Shown here piece after piece: positions 39,349-53,624 of a stretch of DNA of 64,000 nt. Position 1 is the first letter of the stretch; every line of letters starts with the position of its first letter. The translations under genes were made by a program, and so were the position numbers. The notes under the pieces are model-generated. The model made no database searches and was not told where the DNA came from. It saw only the letters and a program-made list of their open reading frames with translations. The DNA is from Ascidiella aspersa (lineage: Eukaryota): assembly GCA_963924565.1 (NCBI GenBank), contig OZ004612.1, positions 11,222,001 to 11,286,000 of the forward strand, in the 5' to 3' direction.

Positions 39349-42300
39349 TTAACTTTGGCGAACCGCCAACGAAATTTTGTAGCCGGTCAGCAGCTTGGCC
39401 GCGGCGAAAAAGAACAGGACCGAAATGATCATCGTCATACTGATGACGTAATGGCTGATGCTGGTGCCGATATCAAGCCACGAGCCTTCGTTGCGGACCT
39501 GCGGGAAAGTAATTTAGGTTGTATAAAGCCTATATGTCCTCACTTAGTTTTTCCCCGAAAAACGATTGTATTAAGTTCATTGTCAGACCCTTTCTTATTT
39601 TTTTTGCTATTAGGAATGGGCGTTTTTCAGATGATGCCAGGTCATCGCTAAGATACTCACATCAACAGTACTACAAGAACCTCCCATGAAGATTAGGCAA
39701 ATATTGGTCGACTTACAAAATAAAAAAAGGGTTTAAAACACATTGGTCAAACTTAACAATTAGCCTGGCCGCTCGCAGATCAAGCTGGACATGTTCAGTC
39801 GTATTGCAATGTAGATTAACTTGAGCCATCGTTTTAAAATAATGTATACACTGAAATAATGAAAACGGGTTACCCTAATGTTAAATACCGAAGCTTATAC
39901 ATTACAGATAGCGGGCATTTCGATTGCTTAAATTAAATGTGTGGCGTTTGTTTAAAAAATAAAGGTTAAATGTGTGAAGTTTGTTTAAAAAAATTATAAA
40001 CGTGGTGAACAAGTCACCAAATAAAAACTACGATTATTTCACTTCTAGTTTGTTCGACGGCTTACTTTGGTTCACAAAATGTGTGAAACCTGAACAATTA
40101 CTAAAAAGTTAAAAAGTAAGAAAAATAGTGGCTGCGGCAAACTAATTTTATAAAATTAGATGCCATGTCAAAACCGGCCCATGGCGTATTCAGCACGTGG
40201 TACAACGCGTTGGCCTTGCGGCAATGGTGGCCACAGTTTTTCAACTGTTTTGTGAAAAAAGCTCACCAGAAAGAAGAAGTGTGCGCTCATGAAGTCGCTG
40301 ATGACCAGCACGAAGCAGCAGAGCTGAGTGAGGTTGGTTCTCGTCGCGATCGCGATGCAGCAAAAGGCGCATGCCACCAACAGATTGGGAAGGAAAACCT
40401 GGAAAGCGAATACTTTGCAATGTGCTTTTATAAAAGTATAAAATAAATGTCCATTGTAAAAGCTTGAGAAGCGCACCGCTTCGAACAAAACTCAGTAAAT
40501 TTTAATACAAGAATATGCATTTCGCCATATATATGCCATCATCAGTTGATCTGTACAATATAGTGAAAAATGTACAATGTAAAAAACATAAATAAAATAC
40601 ACCCAAGACTAACATGGACAAAGACAAGCTATTATTGTCCAATAATATGGAACTGAAGCTAACAAGCGATCAAGGTTGTAGCATCGCGGCACTAAGCCAT
40701 GTTTTACGAGTAAATGCAAAGAATGGAAAACGGCAACTTTCTCAAATCGCCTGGACAACCCTGAATACTGCCTTGTATATATTAATACCAAGTTTTAGTC
40801 ATTATATTCAAACAGGAAAACTAATAAATATTCAACTTAGCCTGGATAAGGTCGGTGCCTTTTATTATGTTTAGAATACACGAAAATGACTTTTTTGTAT
40901 AAAATTGGATGAAATTTGAACGTGCCGCTGAATCCTGCAGTGTTTGACGTGACATCTGTTACTTTTATCATAAAACGTTAAACTATCAAGGGCGGGCGAT
41001 TTAGCAGACTACACCGGCCAGCACCTTGTAAGCGAGCAGCGCTCCCATCACGGAATGGTTGAAGACAGTGATGAAGGGAAGAACGACCCGGTTGTCGAAG
41101 CTGTTGATGCTTGCGATGTTGCCTACGCCGAAGAAGGCCAGCACCATGAAGAAGAGAAGCATGTAGCTCCTGCGCATAGTGTGCAAGGACAGCTCTTGAC
41201 GCCGCGCACCGTTAGAGTCTGGAATTAAGGAGAAGACAGCTCGTTTTATATCTTAGAAAAAAATTCTAGGTTTGGCGGTTATAGGTTTAAAAAATTGACT
41301 TCGCAGAGCGTCAAGTGCGTAAATCTCGGCTGTGGAGTTTATACGATTTAAAAGCGCGGAAACGTGGCATCGCTAAATTTGCCCAAAAAAACCTTCGGCA
41401 AAACTTCCCAGTAATAAGCAAAATAAGAAATTTGCTTAAGATTAACATTTGTATATATGTTAAGATCATTTCCAGGTTGAATTCTCAGGTTTGAAAATCT
41501 GAAGATATTTTTTTGAAACTAAAACAATAAACTCAGTGTACGCGGATTTACGAACCACCCTACCAGTTGTGAATCTCAGGCCAAACGCTAAACCCTAGAA
41601 TAGAAATTTTGTCGGAGACACCGTATAACCTCCTTCCACAACCAACAAACCAGTCGTGATTATAGAAATTGCGTATTCTCCTTTACGACCATGATTCTTA
41701 AATTGGGGCGAAGACGGTAGTTCATGCATTTGTCGTAAATTTTCCAGGTTTTGGAACTTTTCTACGTTATCAAAGCTGTTTTTGCCAAATCTTGAAGTAG
41801 TGTTTGGGGATTTACGACTATACCACGTTTAATAGCACTGAATCTCGGGTCAGGCATTGGAATGTTGATTTTTGCAAGGTTCAATTAGAGCAACCCTGGG
41901 CAAACCAGGCCCGCCAATCAATTTAATACATTGGGGTGGATTATTTTCCATAAAATTATTATAAGAAAAAAATGCAGTTACGTTTTCTTTCATGATTTCG
42001 GCAAACTTTGCACTACCCTATTCTTTATATTTAAAACCATAAAATTTACTGCTTTTTTAACTTTTTTAACTAAAATTTACTGCTCTGGGAACTCAGAACC
42101 ATAAATTTCGTATCTGTGTGTTTGTACTACTATTTCTTTTGCGTTCGATGTTCCGAATAAACAATCTATCTATCTATTTATCTTTAAAGGAATTACAGCT
42201 ATGTATATTTTGGAACCCTTTTTTGCCCAAGATAATTCACATGCGGTCCCTTGTAAAAATGAACTGCCCATCCCTAAATTGGAGAGTAACTAACTAAAAC

Positions 42301-45300
42301 GCTGTCGACTATTTACAATTATCATATACGAAAATATATATTCGTCCTCGAAATGTCTGGACCGAATGCCATTTGCTTGGTAAAAAGATTATAGAAATGG
42401 CGTCATTTTCTGCCCGAACTGTAAAGGAAAAACCCACCGATTTCAAGCGGCCGTTCGGCGAAGTCGAGGCTATCCAGATCGTCTGAGCTGCCACTCTCCG
42501 CTGCCGAGACGTCGAACTCGAAGCGGATCCAGATGACAAGCAGCGCACATAGCAGCACACAGAACAGAGCGTCGTAAGATAAGCTCACCAGCAGGTATGT
42601 GGCGCACTGCGCGGCGTATATGCATAGCATGCGGCTCCAGATTCGCGTGCTAGCGAACAGAGGCATCGTCCAGCCGGCGGCTAGAGTCAGCCAGCTAAAG
42701 GCGTGGATCGCGATCGGTACTTGGCCGTTTAACTCCGAGAGTTTGAGCGCAACAGGAGCCAGTATTCCTGCTATGAACGGGAGGTAAAGAACCGGCCAGG
42801 TCACGTCTGCTTTTAGCGTTCGCTTTGCAGCTAGGGAGGCTACTGTGGCGAGAAAACCGGCAGCGACAACTGGCGCTGCGTTCGGCGTTCGTCCGACAAC
42901 GGGCAACACTGGGAAAGCAGCCAGCATCAGGCACATTGCGGCTGCGTAGCGCTTGACGCTCAAGGCGCCAGCGCATGCGAATAGCAACGCGAAAACGACG
43001 AGCTCTAGGCTAAGCACAGAGCGGTGAAAAAAGCTGAGCACCAGTGACCAGGTGCCCGCCACGCCCGTTGCGGTGTACAGCACGATCGAGCGCCTAGTCG
43101 AATGGTTGCGCTGTAGTAGGGCCAGGCCTGCTGCGAAGATATGGCGCTGTGTCGTGATGTAGTACCAAATCAGCAGCGGCAGCGCACAGTAGAGGTGGCT
43201 GGCGACTGGCGCTTGCGACAGGTAGAGGTTGATAGAGACGCACGCGCCCAGCGGTGCGAACAAGAAGATAGAACGACTCACGCGGCTTTTCTGCGACTTA
43301 AGCGGCCGCGACTTGGCCGCCTGGCTCGCAATAAAGCTCACCTGCTGCAGCACAACCGACAGCGAAACGGCGATCCAGCCGCAGAAGCTTGCCGCAATCG
43401 AGCCGGACAGCAGCGTCCGATGGTAGTTATGGTAGTAGTTGAGTCCGCGCAGCGAGAGGTCGATCAGACGCATTGCGAGGGTCTGAGATCCCAGGAAATC
43501 CCCGGCGGCGATCATGTCGGCGCTCCTGCGCGTCAAGTCGGCGACGTCGCTCTGCGTCAGTTCCGCGAAGGGCGAAAAAAGCAAGGCTCGGTGGCGGGTG
43601 GCGTGCATTTTAACGGTAAACTGTTCGGCCATTTGACGCGCGTTGGCCAGCAGCAATTTGGACTTGCTCTGTGGGTCGGCGGAGAGGTAGTCGAGCGGCA
43701 GAACGCCCACTGAGTTGACTGGAACCGGCATGCCGAGCAACAGAGCCATTAGGGGCGCGATGTCGGCTTGGTTGACGTCCATTCGCGATCGAGGGTCCAG
43801 CTGCCAGTGTCTGTCGGTATAGAGTTAGCATTTAAAAGCGTTAGATACAAAAAATATATATAAAAGAATAAGGCAGTCTAGATTTTTTTAGTTTTTCTAA
43901 TTTGCATTAAACTTTGATTAGAGCTCTTCAGTTTCCCAAATTAGGTTAAAATTCGGGAAGTCTAGAAAATAAGATCAAAAGCCAATGCACAATCAATCAA
44001 AATAAAATGTGAATTTTGTTCTTAAAAAATGTGAATTTTGCGCTTAAATTGGCATTTTGATGCTAAATAATTACCTGCATTACTAAAAACTTGCTGTTTA
44101 ACTAAATAACGTAAAACAAGGTAGCATTTTCGCTTAAACCTTTAATTATACCACACTTGTATGCATTTCACAATTAGATTAAAATTACGATTAGTGGTTA
44201 TATTCTCTAATTCGTTAAATTAGTCAACTAAAATTATCTAGTTGCCTATGTATGGTTGCTTAATAATTGCTGGTAATATTTCGTTGTTAGCCATGGACAA
44301 TTGTAAACGTGAAGTTATCTCGGCGATATCGTTATGAGCCAATCTTACAGCTTTGCACAAAAATCACATTATGCCAAATGTTATTCATATTCAATTTCAT
44401 GATAAAAGTTAAAGTGCTTGTTACCGATAAGTAAGAGTATCATCAAAATAAAACTCAAGGAAGCAAAATTCAAAATTATTTTTCTGTTAATCTGCCTATT
44501 CTTGTTCATAATTTTGGTGCTAAGTTGAGATAGACAAATTTCATTAAAAAAAAACTTAACATGTGTTAAGAGAAAACAATTTATTCAAAGTTTGGCTGTA
44601 GTTATTTTAGTCATTTTAAAGTTGGTATACACAGCTTCTAAAAAAAGCATCTGTAAACGCATTAGGTACACTATATGAAATTTAAAAAATATATGTAAAA
44701 TAAACCTTGTCATTTCCAGGTCTTCTGCATTCAGTTTGCTCACCTTAGCAACTGGTTTTGCAGCTCCAGATCCCCAAACTATCAGTGGGGTGAGGGTTTC
44801 AGACGGTAGCCCAGCCCCATGCGATCCTAGAATAAAAACACAATACAACATATGCTAATTTGCAAGTGATGTTTATAACCACATAACTGGGGATAATTAA
44901 AATTACAATTATGGTATCAATAAAAGATATACACATAGATGTGTTAAACAACTGTGGTCTAGCCTTTAGGAAGCTGCTTTTTGGCTAACGGTTACCGCTT
45001 AGGTATCAGCAGTACATTAAAAGCCATTACAGACCGACCGAATCTGTTGACCAATTCTGGTATCAGGTTTAGTTTACCAGACTTTTTAAAGAAAACTATT
45101 TCTTTATAAATCAAGCTACAAAAAAAAAATATTAATTTGATATCTCCAACTATAAAAAAAATATTTGTTTTCTGACCCCAGTCAGTCATCCCATGATCAG
45201 AGGTGAACACATAGCTTGTCTTTTTATCATGGGAATAGAAATCCTCAATAATGCCAACAATCCGCTTCACTCCCTTGTCAACAACTCCGATGTTTGACAG

Positions 45301-48072
45301 ATACTCTCTGGAAATCAGTTAAGCTCAATTTACAATAGGGATGCAAAAAATTTATCTTAATATTATACAGGCTACACTTGGTTAGTATGTGTTTCCAACA
45401 CAGAATCTAGTCCTCCAACAGAACACAATTGCCGACCATAAAAGTTTTAAATTTAATAGCTTGATGATGGTGAAATGCACAAAAATTTAACAGCTTGATA
45501 AGTAAACCGCTTCGATTAACAATCGGTCAGCAAGGTTTAGCAATTTTACTATAAATGTGCATTTAGCTATATAAATCAATGGCATTATCAGTATATTTAT
45601 ACAATATAAATATTAGAAAAATATATATATTTAAAATATTAAAAATGTAAAATAAATAGATAAAATACAACCAAGAATGTATAAAAAAATATTTATTTTA
45701 CATTTTTAATATTTTAAATATATTTTAGTATTTATTTGTACAAAAACTGATGATGCCATTCATAAACGGCAAAATACATAATTATTTTAAAAGTTTTAGA
45801 CCTTCCTGACTGATTGTTGTTCAAAACGGTGAAGTTCTTAAGCTATATGCTACATTTTTAAGTATGTTACCCTTACCCATATTAAAACGTGTTTCTCGGA
45901 GTAAACAATAAAGTTTTAGAGGAAATTGACAGACTTAAAGGTAATCAAAAAAAAATATTGATTGCATTTAAAATGTAAAAACATTCGCAGAACTTTACAC
46001 ATTATAAATAACTTTTAGCCACATCAACAGAACAAAATGACCAACTTTAAGATTAGCTTACTTTGACATGGGTTTGTGACTGTGACCATTTGTATCAATA
46101 CCGAGTAAATGCAGGAAAAACACAATTTTGTCCTGGAAAAGTTCAGCTTTGAGAGTCTGGTTTTCTTTGGCGTTGGCAAAAAATGTCTCCACCTCATCAA
46201 ACACCCATTCATCAATAACCGAAGAGTCATCTCCGGCAAAATTAACAAGATCATTATCAAAACAGTGGATGTGAACATGTGGACCAGCACCTGGAAATGT
46301 ATAATTGTTTTTACCTTTTTTAGCTTTTAAATAATTCATGGTATTTGATACTAGGGGTTTAAATGCATACAAAAATAGTAGGCGTATTTTTTTGGAAAAT
46401 TTTTTTAGCCAACTGACAAAAATAAATTGAATGTTTGAACAAACAAAATAGAGACCAAAACTATGGTGCTAAATACACAAAATCAAAATCCGAATATTTT
46501 TTGCAATAGTGTGTAGCAATAAATGTAATATAGGAAAAGTTAAAAGGTCTTCAGAACACTTCGACAAGCTACCATGATTAACACTCGCTCTACAACGTTG
46601 CGCAACACACTCAAAACTGTGCTTGTCATTTTTATATGGAAACATTTATAAACTAGATGTTGCTACTTGCCTTTATTAAAGATAACCGCAAAAAAAAAAA
46701 AACTGTGACATAATAAACACATACCCTCTGAAAACATTGGTAAAATATCACAACTGCCCCATGACCAGGTTGTTCTACTCTTGTTGAAGACACTATCAAA
46801 CTCAACAGGGTTCTTTTTCCAACCTGCAATTTTATAAACATTGTAAAATGAGTAAAAAAATCTGAAAAACACAAAATGCAAAAATGGGAAAAAAACAAAC
46901 AAAAATATTACAATACTTAAAAAATATAATTTATGTTTTCTTAACTTAAAACTTGTAATGAGTGCAATTATACAGTTTCCCATGGTATTGTATTTTGAAC
47001 TGTACCTTTTAGAATTGCACTGACATCCTCATAGAAACCGGCAATAAGAGCAACATGTCCTGGCCTTGATTCAGTTGGCACCCTTGTGTGGGAAACGCCC
47101 CATGAACCATCATTTTCCATTAGATTCCTTAAATAAAATATTGGTTAATTTAGTAATTGACATGTTTTTATATGCAATGGAATATTAATAGGAAGTGGCT
47201 ATTTCACTGGATCGCTCTGTTATGCTTGCACCAATACAGGATTATTTTTTGATTTGGTAAAGGGTTGGGGTTAGCGTTTGGTCACAGTGGAAAGCATAGC
47301 AAGTGCACCCGTGATTTTTTTTTTCAATCTTTCAAAGGTATAACCCGAAAAAAATCTGAACTGCACCCCAAATATGTTAAATGCTTATGTGGCAGACGTT
47401 TACAGTGCAATGAGTGCATCGGAAAATCATAAAGTGCACCCCGAAAAATTGAAAGTGCACTTTTTTACCTTTGTTGCACGATTTTTTGGCCGTGCAGCCA
47501 CAAGTTCTTGACTAAGTCTGCCATACTTTCCAGACTGGGCGGTTGGGTGTTTGTAGTATTAGATTTAATTTTCAAAGTTTTCCATAATTTATTTTAGAAA
47601 TTGATTGAAATTACTTTGTTAGCCGGGTAAATAGCCTCAGGAGGTGCCTTTAGGCTATTTGACCGGGTCAACATTGCACCCATTAGTGATTTGTTGATTT
47701 GAACTACTTTGGTGTTCGGGTGAATAGCCTCTTCCAAATTCATATTGAATAGCCTAATGCGTTTATTTTTCTTACCATGTTTTAACAAAACTATTAACTA
47801 ACAACAGTACTACAACAATAACTGAACGCCGTTTTTTGCATTTACCTCAAGTAGGGAGCTCTAGATTCCCCATTTTCGTCCAGTTCGTAAAGTTTATCTG
47901 CACGTAAACCATCGCCCACAAACAAGACTAATCTTGAAGAGGGTGGCTTCACTTTCGGGACATGTTCTCTCATGCCATGTACCAACGGCGATTTAAAGTA
48001 TATATCGAATATCGAGGCGAAAAGAATGAAATGTACAACAATACTAAGAGAGATGAAAACCCAGAACTGCAT
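39349..48072 (-). CDS. PIGN: GPI ethanolamine phosphate transferase 1 (PIGN/Mcd4), canonical copy PIGN-A; exons 48072-47846, 47127-47006, 46823-46725, 46290-46062, 45307-45177, 44826-44706, 43810-42438, 41218-41025, 40398-40267, 39498-39349; 925 aa
   Basis: Motifs [90 protein letters not shown] and [13 protein letters not shown]. All junctions are GT-AG, phases are consistent and the frame is open to TAA. Confidence 0.95.
45492..45844. mobile_element. Fold-back element in PIGN-A intron 4 with degenerate hammerhead-like cores in both arms
   Basis: Inverted ends match 35146-35235. ctgatgatgcc...ggcaaaat at 45747-45775 has a mirror copy near 45558-45592. Confidence 0.55.
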
Positions 48073-48764
48073 GATTTCTGTTCAGAAATTTCCCAACTGA
48101 CTTTCAAAGCAGCAAACCGTCAAGCATCAGTGATTGACCGGTTTGTTTACAACTTGCTTTTTCATGCGTTTAATAAAAATTAGGCTTTTGATTTGGTAAC
48201 ATGTCAAAATGCACAGTTGTACACGTAATATTCAGGTTTAAAATATAAATTAACCGTAAAGAAATAAGGCATATATAAGGCAACAAATATCTGCAGTAAA
48301 GGCTTTATCGCCTACGAATAATACATAAAACAAAGCCATTGTATTGGGGTGAAGGTGTGCGCGCGATGTGATTAGGATTTGGGTTCGGGTTAAAATTATT
48401 CTAGGGTAGTTAGTAATAAAAGGGGTTTGCCTCAATACAAACGGTCGCCGACGTTGGACTGCAGAGGCATTTCCTTTTACCTCTATACCAAAACCGCTGT
48501 AAGCCTAGCCGCCTACGCTATGTAAATGAGGTAGAATAGTCGAATTTACCGACTCTAACTGGGACGAACGAAGCAGCATCAACAGGCAGACCTGCCAACT
48601 TATCGAGGTGCCCTAATCCATTAGCCTTCCTTGCAGTTGCTTAGAATGAGGCTTCAGGCCATTAACTCGCGAGTTATCACGATCCATGGCCAATGTTCGT
48701 CGAACGTCGGTCAGTGATGTGGATTCTTTCGGTCAATCTCTAAGGGACCTTACATAAGATTTCC

Positions 48765-49035
48765 GCGCCCATCAAACATCTCAAGCCAGATTAAGCCCGG
48801 AGCACGTCCAGACCACATTAGCTTGGAATATCTGATCCATTCTGCAATTACTCAAAGTCATGACTTTGTGCTTCCCCATAAACTTCTCCTTGAGCAACCT
48901 GGATCCCAATACTCTTAAGGAGAGTAACAGTGGCAGCGATGCCCAAATCAAACAAACCTTTGACGAGTTAAAGAGCCATCGCCCAATATCTTCGCCTTGA
49001 ATCACGTTCGAGGTGCTTGAGCATCTTATCCAGAT
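48765..49035 (+). mobile_element. Decayed non-LTR retrotransposon (LINE) reverse transcriptase fragment
   Basis: Frameshifted translation IKHLKPD*...PDHISLEYLIH...IPILLRRVTVAAMPKSNKPL...KSHRPISSP*ITFEVLEHLI matches the LINE RT N-terminal motifs KxPGPD and PKxxK...YRPISL...KxLE. Confidence 0.7.
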
Positions 49036-51638
49036 CGGCATCGCATAGTACCTAATCGACCAAACAAATGGTTCAGGAGCCGACTGGCGTTAAACGGAAA
49101 ATTTTGACTATCAGAACAGCAATTTTCAGTATAGGAGGAAACATTTGGAACAAAAGCAGGGATTTATGCGGTAAGCTTTTTTTCCAGCCAAGATAAAAGG
49201 AAATCTATAGGCCTAATACGACATTTAAAAGTTTGTTCTGAGCTTAAAAAGATAAATGCAAACTGTTAACAATCCATAGCCCTACTATTCTATGATGAGT
49301 ATCACAAAACACATTAAAATTTAGGTGGATTGTTAGGACCTAAAAAATGAATATATGGTACCAAGGGTAAAAAAATAGATTAGGCTAGTTAAGCTATATT
49401 TCACGTTTGCCGAAAACTTCAAATTACCCGTAACAGCCTATAAAATCCATATCAACAATGTAAGCCACACAACAAAAACAGAGTTCGTTGAGGGGACACA
49501 ATTCATGAAAAGTCCATCCGATTTTGCCTGTCATTCTTGCGCAGGGGCCTATTATTTTGACTAAGTTAACTCTATTTGTTTTTGGATTCAATTTAGTTTT
49601 TATTATTTTTATGCCTGGTTTTAGTCGGTTCGTGGGAAGTTTCTGGCACTCTATTGTAAATTTTTCAATTCTTACAAGGATATTTATGCCAAGATAACAT
49701 CTAGCACAGTGTGCTTCCCAACCTGGGTGCAATAACCACATTGCCTTGGTAACCGATTTTAATATTTTTCAACGTTGTAGTTATATACAATTCGACATGC
49801 AGAACGTAACAGATAGTACGGTAAATAGCCACACCCTAAACTTCACAGAAAGACGATTGTTCTTGTTTTGTACGGTTGATAAGTGATAACACAGGTCAGC
49901 ATAATTTTTTCGGACTAAAACGTATCAGGTGCTTTTGGTCAATTTTGGTTTGCAGCGTAAAAAATGACCTCAATTTTATTTAACATTACGAAATTCAAAA
50001 TTTTGACGGTAAGAACAGTAGCATAAAACATTATTCACCTACACGCATATATTAGTATTTAAAATAGGCCTATACCAATGTCCGAAAAGCAATAAACTTT
50101 TTAACAGCACGTATATAGATGACAATATTAAAACTTACATCATTTTATGAAACGAAGTTTCTGTTTTTTTAACTTTCGAGAATATTCATAGGTATCTTCC
50201 CTATCTCTTATATATAATGCAACACTAATCGGCCATCAATTTAAAATCGACAAAACAGGACTAAAAGAAGACGGCAACCAACCCCATTGCTAAACTTTGT
50301 TTTTTCTCATAGTTTTTACATCTTGGTGGAAACGTTCACCTTAAGATCTTCACTTAGAGCAGCTCCTATATAATTTTCTACAAAGTAATTTTAACTACTG
50401 TGCAGAAATTACATACAGTTCTCCGCTCATGGTACAACGTTTTTTTTTAAATGTGCAATACAGAACTAACAAGTTCTTTTTAATCAGGTGATTTAGTGTT
50501 GCCTTTAAAGTTGCTTAAAACATGGCTAAAGCAATTCAATCTTATTTTAATTTCGAATCATGGTTTTGATATTATCCTTGCCTTTTATTATCTGTCTAAT
50601 TTTTGGCTCATCAAATATTCTTGCTTTCCACTTTTTATCACCCAAGACAAGATATTTTATGCCGACAAACTTAAAAATGGCCATGTTATCTATTTTTATA
50701 TACTACTTCATCAAACCCAGCTTAAGCAGAGATGGTGATAATTCTTCGTTTCAGATATTTTTTCCTTCAGAGTAAATTACTCGCGTTCTCAATTAAACGA
50801 CCTATTGGTGTCGGTCAAAGTTGTTTGTTTGTAACGACTGAATTTTAAAAGCTTTACTTTGCTCTACGAGGAACGAGAAAAAACAAAATAACATTGCCAA
50901 ATTTTCAAGTTAGGGTAGGGGGCATTTAAGCTAAACCCCTGGCGATGTAGCCTATATAGTTAATTTGAGCAGTTTGTTGTGCCCCGATAAGTAGCCTACA
51001 CAATCATGTATACTGTTTTGGTTTGCAGCAAACAACAGCAATTAACAATCGTTGTCGTGCACCTGTTTATTGAATGTTTAGGTTTCAATATTGGATCATA
51101 ATCTAACTTCTGGAGGATGTAATTTTAGACGTGTTTGATAAACACACGTACGTCCTTATCGATTTCTTGGCGAATTGGTTATTCCAATTGCAATAAAGCT
51201 TTAAAATATCATGCACCGTAACGAAAAGGTAGATTTTACAAAAGAAACTATGGCCCCACAGCCCACACATATGCAACTACAGATGATTTCCGATCTAGGC
51301 TTCTAGTCCTGCAACAAAAGTATAATAATGTGATGTGTCGTCCGGCCAACATGTGCAACAGGGACATGCCAAATGTGCACGTCCATATGTGTACACTTTT
51401 CCACAGATGTGCACTTTTTTAAATTATGCACTTTAAAATGTGCGTACATTTATCCAGATAGGCTATATATACAACTTTATTACTGATGGGTCCCAATATG
51501 TTTCCATTTTTTTAAACCTCATGCAATCCCTAAAATATAACTGTTCGATAAGTATTAGTGCCTGAAGGGTTTATATGTTAAGTTTAAATATGATTTGTTA
51601 CTCATTGAATAAGTTTAAGCGATCCTCTGTGTTCTAAT

Positions 51639-52158
51639 CAGACTTGGACAGTTAATTCTAGTTTTCTAATTCAATGAATTAGAGCCAAATGCGGCTAATT
51701 CTAATTCTAATCTAATTCATGAATTGCTTGTGTGCTCTAATTCTAGTTCTAATCTAATTCGGATTTTACCAAAAATGCTACTTTGTCCAACGGCATTTTT
51801 AGTTTCTTAGTCAAAACAAAGAATTTGAATTCAAACTCTTTGGTTGGAACAGAATTTTCACAGTCTTAAAAGCATATGCTATGTTAAAAGGCTTAAAAAT
51901 TAGCACATACTAATTATCATTCACATTCTTATTAAAATGCTTCCCGATTTGAATGTAATTGATTGTGAATAATCTCAAATGTAATTCTAGTTCAAATTCA
52001 TTTTGTTACGAATTCGGTAATTCTAATTCTATTCTAATTTCAGAAAAGTCAAAATGATCTAATTCTAATTCTAATCTAATTTGAAAAAGCTTAAATGCTC
52101 TAATTTTAATTCTAATCTAATTTAAAAAAGCTAAAATAAATCTAGTTGTCCAAGTCTG
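51639..52158. mobile_element. hAT-type MITE with AATTCT(A) subrepeats
   Basis: TIR CAGACTTGGACA/TGTCCAAGTCTG; perfect TSD GTTCTAAT at 51631-51638 and 52159-52166. Confidence 0.85.
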
Positions 52159-52310
52159 GTTCTAATGACCAATAATGTCAACTTGTCATGTATGATTCGA
52201 CGTTAAACAAAAATCCACTTGCAAAACAAGGTAAATAAAGGCCTTAAAAACAGCAAAACCTATATCTTGCGAGTATACTAATCTCGCATTGTAAACAAAT
52301 TTATATCGGA

Positions 52311-52916
52311 CAACGTTCATATTGATAGTGTTTGGTGTCGTCGCAAAAAAATCGAAAACAGGTAAGTGGGTTTTTGATAAGCTGGAAAAGTTTTTGAAGA
52401 TGGAAAGACAAACGTGTGTTTGAGAAAAAGCTTAATGCAAAACAAAATCAAATCCTTTGTTTATTTAGTGTAAATAAACACACAGGCCATCGATTTAACT
52501 CGGATTTCGTGTAAAACGTTGACTGATTAGGTTTGTTTTTGTACCTATTATTTTGCTGAATGTAATGCAGTGATTTTTACAAGTAATGAAGTTGCTAGAC
52601 AATTAGCAAAAGGTAATTTTTTAGGGTATTTTACAGTACTAAATAGTCGTTTAAATCTTGCGCTATTAACTTGTAACCGAAGTATTTGTTCAATAGTGAA
52701 ATTGTCGAAAAGGTGATTCATAAGATGGTTGGTCTGTTTGATTTCTACTCCCGCGATAAAAAAACAGGCTACTTATTCAAATCTGATCACAGAATAGCTG
52801 TTGAAGGTACGAATTATTAACATAGGTTGGATTAAATTTATAAAGAGAAAAATAATAACCTATCTTTATTAATATATAATATTGGCAATGAATTGCTGCG
52901 AATTGTACAGGTCTCT
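52311..52916 (+). pseudogene. Decayed genomic duplicate of PIGN-B exon 4, intron 4, exon 5 and the start of intron 5
   Basis: Colinear match to ~56770-57545 (gaagatggaaagacaaacgtg, gaaaaagcttaatgcaaaacaaaatca, aagatggttggtctgtttga, tattggcaatg), including intron sequence. Carries indels, a TAA in the GIDT motif and DHG>DHR. Confidence 0.85.
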
Positions 52917-53624
52917 GTATAAAAACTCGTGTCAGGAGTAAACTACGACAAACTAGACGCGTAAAAGACTCTCTCAAAGCGGGTATAAACCTACTAAAAC
53001 GGCTAATTAATTAAGGCCTGGCAAAAAATTGCCACCGATCAGCGGTTAAAATGTACTTGATCATACTCGATCATTTACGTTTATATGCCTTGGTACGTTA
53101 TCACTCTTCTCATTGTTATCGTTTTTCTGGGTAAGTTTACTGCGCAAAAGAGATTTTGTGGGACTACTGGAGTTATGATTTCACAGAGATAATGCAATAA
53201 ATATAACGCTAAAATTCTCATTGATTTACTTATCAGGCGAAAGGGTATTTTCCGTTAACGAATAAATTGAAAGATTAACTTTGCGAAGATGAACCCCAAT
53301 GGCCGCAGTTTATTGCTCCCCGGTAATCACTACAAAATGGTACAAACAATATCACAAGGTTTAAATATTGCAAGTTGCTAAAACAATAAATAATGATGGT
53401 CACACGCACACGAAATCGGTTCCCTGCGCGTACCACAGTATGTGAAGTATTGGCCTCGGGTGTGAATTGAATTTTCGAAACCACCAGAAATTAACCGCGA
53501 CTGCGCAAGCGTGACGAACGGTGTCCGGTAACGCACCAACTGTTTTCAACGAACGCTTGGGCAAATATTAACTCGTGTGCTGGAAGTTGGGCTTCAGCAA
53601 CGCTCACCTAGGCTAGTCAAGAAA

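Noticed and set aside
43141-43713. 190-aa plus-strand ORF (also the 253-aa ORF at 59533-60294)
   Set aside because: Antisense or off-frame shadows of PIGN exon 7.
44738-44744. Alternative donor AAG/gtgagc in PIGN-A exon 6
   Set aside because: It gives phase 0, incompatible with the phase-2 acceptor at 43810; the donor at 44705 matches the PIGN-B structure.
51639-52158. Regular short repeats resembling a CRISPR-like array (also 35596-36069)
   Set aside because: No constant repeat/unique spacer period; these are subterminal repeats of TIR elements with 8-bp TSDs in a eukaryote.
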